Below, in pieces: positions 60,929 through 64,000 of a stretch of DNA of 64,000 bases. Each line of letters opens with the position of its first letter. Within the stretch, counting starts at the first letter, position 1. Source of the DNA: an uncultured candidate division Zixibacteria bacterium (GTDB lineage: Bacteria > Zixibacteria > MSB-5A5 > GN15 > PGXB01). A program made the translations under genes and the position numbers. Where the stretch lies: NCBI GenBank assembly GCA_963702205.1, contig OY969724.1:128001-192000 (forward strand), in the 5' to 3' direction. The notes under the pieces were generated by a model that searched no databases, was not told the DNA's origin, and saw only the letters and a list, made by a program, of their open reading frames with translations.

Positions 60929-61462
60929 CTAAATCTTGATGACCCCGACCAGCTCCACCCGCGTATCGGAGGTCTTGTTGAAGTCGGGGATGTTCTTCAC
61001 TTCGTACAGGTAGCCGGGATCGAGCACCTCGCCGGTCGGGTTGGTGTCGGGGTGGTAAGCCCCGTTCGCCGCATAATCGGACTGCAGTCCGGCGATGTAG
61101 GCCACGTCACCGCCGAAGAAGCCGTATTCCCGGATGGTGATGCCGTTGGCCTCGTTCTCCTCGAAGCGGAAGAAGACGCCGATGGTCTGGGTCTCCTCGG
61201 CGGTTTCGATGTAATGGATGCCGTTGACGATGAGCGTTCCTTCCGGGTCTTCTTTAAGAAAGGTCCGTTTGTAGTGCTTTTTGCGAGCCCGCTCATTCTT
61301 GAGCGTCGTTTGGTCGATGTCCGGCGCGGGCGGATTGATGGGATCGGTGAACGTGGCGTCACCGTCTCCGATGGCGCAATGGGTGATGCCTTCAATGGGG
61401 TCTCCCATGAGCAGCCGCGCGGTGAGGATGCGGCCCGTTTTGACGATGAGTCCAAGTGACAT
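60929..61462 (-). CDS. Phage tail/baseplate-associated protein
   Basis: ITHCAIGDG...TL.NE..RK and EANG..IREYG resemble tail-collar-type proteins; GGAGG RBS. Confidence 0.6.
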   Translation of the reverse strand: MSLGLIVKTGRILTARLLMGDPIEGITHCAIGDGDATFTDPINPPAPDIDQTTLKNERARKKHYKRTFLKEDPEGTLIVNGIHYIETAEETQTIGVFFRFEENEANGITIREYGFFGGDVAYIAGLQSDYAANGAYHPDTNPTGEVLDPGYLYEVKNIPDFNKTSDTRVELVGVIKI

Positions 61463-61475
61463 TCGTATTCCTCCT

Positions 61476-61937
61476 TCAGGTCTGTATCGTGTGGCCTTCG
61501 CGGATCAGCACGGCGAAGACGATCTGGCGCGTGTCCGTTTGACCGGCCGTCTCGCGCACCACGAGTTGGGCCAAGTCGGCAGTCCGTTCGATCTCGGCGA
61601 AAACCACGAAACGGGTATCGCTGCGGCGCTCGATAGGTCGGTGAACTCGAACGGCCGCGTCGGAGAGGACGGCCGGGAAACGAACCACCCATCCGCGCAG
61701 GTCGAAGCTCCGCAGGATAAATCTCGCGACCACGGCCTGGATGTCGGCGTAGGCGTTCATCTCCGCCGTGATCCGCACGGCCGCATCCACTTCGCGCTGA
61801 ATGGTCCGCGTCATCGATGCCGCTCCGACGGCTTCGAAAATGACCGCCGGGAAGGCCGGCATCTGGGCGCGGTTCATCGGAACCACGGAGCCCGGGAAGG
61901 GCCGGACGGTGAGTATGTTTCCGCTACGGATTGCCAC
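61476..61937 (-). CDS. Hypothetical phage protein
   Basis: GTG start with GGAGG RBS; in operon. Confidence 0.6.
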   Translation of the reverse strand: MAIRSGNILTVRPFPGSVVPMNRAQMPAFPAVIFEAVGAASMTRTIQREVDAAVRITAEMNAYADIQAVVARFILRSFDLRGWVVRFPAVLSDAAVRVHRPIERRSDTRFVVFAEIERTADLAQLVVRETAGQTDTRQIVFAVLIREGHTIQT

Positions 61938-62055
61938 GTCTCAGCCTCCCAGTGATTTTGTTCGCTTTGCCGGCATTCCGGATCACCCGGAACATCTGGG
62001 TCAGACGTCCGGGGTTCGCCGCAATCTCCTTCTTATTTCCAGGTTTCACCGCCAT
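61924..62055 (-). CDS. Small basic hypothetical phage protein (43 aa)
   Basis: MAVKPGNKKEIAANPGRLTQMFRVIRNAGKANKITGRLRRGNP; AAGGAG RBS; fills the gap and overlaps the next start. Confidence 0.55.
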   Translation of the reverse strand: MAVKPGNKKEIAANPGRLTQMFRVIRNAGKANKITGRLRRGNP

Positions 62056-62059
62056 GGGA

Positions 62060-63046
62060 TCACTCCTTCACCGCGCACCAGCCCGGACCGGACAGGTTGA
62101 AAATCTTGTAGGAGGCACCGTTTAACGTGAGCACGTCCTCCGAGTCGGCCGCACCGCTGCCGATGGCATAGACTTCGATCAACTCACCGCGCACTTCCTT
62201 GTATGCCGCAGTCGTGTGCGCGACGAGCCAGGGGAACATGGTGACCAGGCCGTAACGTTGGTCAGGATTGGCGGCGGTCTGGAAGTTGCCGTGGGCCGCG
62301 GCGCACGAACCGGCCTGTCCGGCTGCGCTCGCCCAGCCGTCGAACTTATTGATGGCGTAAAAACTGCCCGGAGACTGGTAGTGGCCGACCACGACCGGCT
62401 GCGGGTCTTCGCCGATCTTTGCTCCCACCGCGTAGGCGCTCACGAGGCTCGCCAGAGTGACCGTATCGGGGGTGGAAACCGTATCGACGGCGGATACCTG
62501 GACGCGCTCGATCCCGGCGTCGTCTTTGATGATGTAGTTCGAGCCCACCGTGAAAAAGGAGGCATCGTTGACCTGCACCGTGATGTCTGTGCCGGGTCCG
62601 GCCGCCGCCTGGGTGACCGCCACCGCCCCCGACCAGAAACGTTTGATCAGGCCGCTGTACTGCCCGTAGTAGGTGGCGACGATCTTGGTGACGATGAAGA
62701 CGTGATCCTTGTCGGCGTAAATCCAATACAGGAAAGCCGAAGCGTCCACGGTCTTGATGTATGTGTAACTGGTTTGAAACGCCTCCTTAACGCCCGCGTG
62801 CGTCACCGCGTCCCAGTACAGGTAGGCTCGGACCGCAATGCGGTCGGCCGCGGTGTCGTTGACGAAACGGATGAAAAGGTCTTCGGAACCGCTCTCTCCC
62901 GTGGAGGTCAGCACGTAGCTGGGCTCGGCGTCTCCGGACCTGTCGTCATGGAGAGACCATCCGACCGTTCCCACCAGAAAGTCCTTAAGCCGGACGAGGA
63001 AGTCGGCCGTGTTCGAAGCGGTCCCGGATATGTTGTTATAGGCCAT
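62060..63046 (-). CDS. Putative phage virion structural protein
   Basis: GGAGG RBS; beta-rich; N-terminal GTA....L..L..FL....GW and C-terminal GEL...G...ED......Y pattern seen in virion proteins. Confidence 0.6.
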   Translation of the reverse strand: MAYNNISGTASNTADFLVRLKDFLVGTVGWSLHDDRSGDAEPSYVLTSTGESGSEDLFIRFVNDTAADRIAVRAYLYWDAVTHAGVKEAFQTSYTYIKTVDASAFLYWIYADKDHVFIVTKIVATYYGQYSGLIKRFWSGAVAVTQAAAGPGTDITVQVNDASFFTVGSNYIIKDDAGIERVQVSAVDTVSTPDTVTLASLVSAYAVGAKIGEDPQPVVVGHYQSPGSFYAINKFDGWASAAGQAGSCAAAHGNFQTAANPDQRYGLVTMFPWLVAHTTAAYKEVRGELIEVYAIGSGAADSEDVLTLNGASYKIFNLSGPGWCAVKE

Positions 63047-63055
63047 ACGTTCCTC

Positions 63056-63649
63056 CTACAGGATCGGGTTTTCCGTGCCGGTGAGCCGGAGCTTGAGATC
63101 CGTCTTGTTCTGCACCGGCGTTCCGGGCGGCACAGTGCACCGACGCCAGAACGAAAGGGTCACATCGTGCGCCTTGTCGCCCAGGTTGAGCGGCGCGCCT
63201 TCGACGGCGGTATCGAGACCCGCCTGTGTCAAGGCCAATGCGTACCAGTCGGACTCGTCGCCGCCCGCAATGTCCACCGGCTCCACCACAAGCCCGGTGT
63301 AGTCATATCCGGAGAAGATCACGGTATCCGCATCGTGGGACGCCGGGGCAGTGCCGCCGTAGCCGCGCTCCACGGCAAGGACAGTCGTCCCGCCTCCGCT
63401 CAGGATGCGCATCTGCTCATCGTCGACGATGATGATCCCGCCGTCGGAAAATCGAGGCTCGCTGAGTTCCAAGGACGTTTCCCCCGAGGCCAAGGCCGCG
63501 GCCAGGGTGGTCTGTTCATTGGCAACGAACAGCTCCTTGTCCTTCGTTTCCCCGTCCGTTCCGTTGTAGGTGTCGTCGTCAGGGTTCGCGAGGTCGCCCT
63601 CCGAAAGCGGGAGGGTCAGTGCGTTATCTTCGTAAATATGTATCGCCAT
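63056..63649 (-). CDS. Hypothetical phage structural protein
   Basis: GGAGAG RBS; VDDEQM...V.RG..GT..A.H motif typical of phage structural domains. Confidence 0.6.
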   Translation of the reverse strand: MAIHIYEDNALTLPLSEGDLANPDDDTYNGTDGETKDKELFVANEQTTLAAALASGETSLELSEPRFSDGGIIIVDDEQMRILSGGGTTVLAVERGYGGTAPASHDADTVIFSGYDYTGLVVEPVDIAGGDESDWYALALTQAGLDTAVEGAPLNLGDKAHDVTLSFWRRCTVPPGTPVQNKTDLKLRLTGTENPIL

Positions 63650-63658
63650 CGATCTCTC

Positions 63659-64000
63659 CTATGCCGCCGGCCATTGCGTGACCGTGTACTGGTTCGCCGC
63701 CGCCTCGAAACCGGCCGTCGCCTCGGCGTGATCGTCCCGCTGACGGAAACGCCAGCGAAGGCACGGCTTCGACATTCGGAAGCCCGAGGCGTTGAGTGGC
63801 ATGGAGCCGAGCCGCATGGGCCGTGTCCGGTCCACGGACAGGAGCAGCCCCGTGTGATTCAGTCTGCGGCGGTTCAGTAAGAGCGTCTCCACGCGTCTGC
63901 GGCGCGGTATGCCCGTGTCCACGTCCATCTCGAAGGATGCACGGGCCTCGGTTACATAGGCGTCGGTCAATTCAGCGAGGTTGAGCGCCTTGTTGTTCAG
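63659..64000 (-). CDS. Phage tail-type protein, C-terminal part (5' end outside window)
   Basis: Frame is open to the window edge; repeated LN...LN motifs. Confidence 0.5.
   Translation of the reverse strand: MNNKALNLAELTDAYVTEARASFEMDVDTGIPRRRRVETLLLNRRRLNHTGLLLSVDRTRPMRLGSMPLNASGFRMSKPCLRWRFRQRDDHAEATAGFEAAANQYTVTQWPAA

Larger units (their letters stand above)
31115..64000 (-). mobile_element. Prophage-like integrated element (left end only) inserted at the tRNA-Asn 3' end
   Basis: tRNA 3'-end copy at the boundary, clearly higher GC than the left half, co-oriented phage-type genes, amidoligase module, defence and kdp cargo. Integrase and head genes are not in the window. Confidence 0.8.

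Noticed and set aside
31544..63880. Many long + strand ORFs in the GC-rich half (e.g. 34688-36145, 52939-54390, 62216-63880)
   Set aside because: Antisense shadows of well-supported minus-strand genes, as expected at high GC.
1..64000. CRISPR array, rRNA, IS transposase or integrase
   Set aside because: No regularly spaced repeats, rRNA-like sequence or transposase/integrase motifs were recognised in the window.

Overview
The window has two compositionally distinct halves. Positions 1 to about 31.1 kb are AT-richer chromosome, most likely from a sulfate-reducing Desulfobacterota (deltaproteobacterium). This half carries signalling and housekeeping genes, two paralogous GPH/MFS transporters, an MBL-fold hydrolase next to a sigma54-driven class III cyclase, and tRNA-Pro(GGG). 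It also carries an unusual operon of a Tat-exported ModA-like protein, a polyferredoxin and a stand-alone NifB, a complete hmcABCDEF operon with USP/RR/HK/Rrf2 and a candidate Rrf2 operator, an AbiE-type toxin-antitoxin pair, and a small GIY-YIG nuclease gene abutting a hairpin-disrupted tRNA-Asn copy. From about 31.1 kb to the end lies a GC-rich prophage-like element whose left junction is a 12-bp copy of the tRNA-Asn 3' end. All of its genes are on the minus strand. They comprise probable tail/structural genes, an amidoligase-GATase-GGCT module, and a defence operon (XRE, hsdM, NucS-like nuclease, hsdS, two DUF488, dual-OB, hsdR, SF2 helicase, small Cys-rich protein). That operon runs into a Kdp potassium-uptake cassette controlled by a sigma54 two-component system and ending in a KdpD-sensor/USP/PTS-EIIA fusion. 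About 12 frameshifts in the element are all +1 insertions and are probably sequencing errors. All assignments come from motif recognition by eye; no searches were run.
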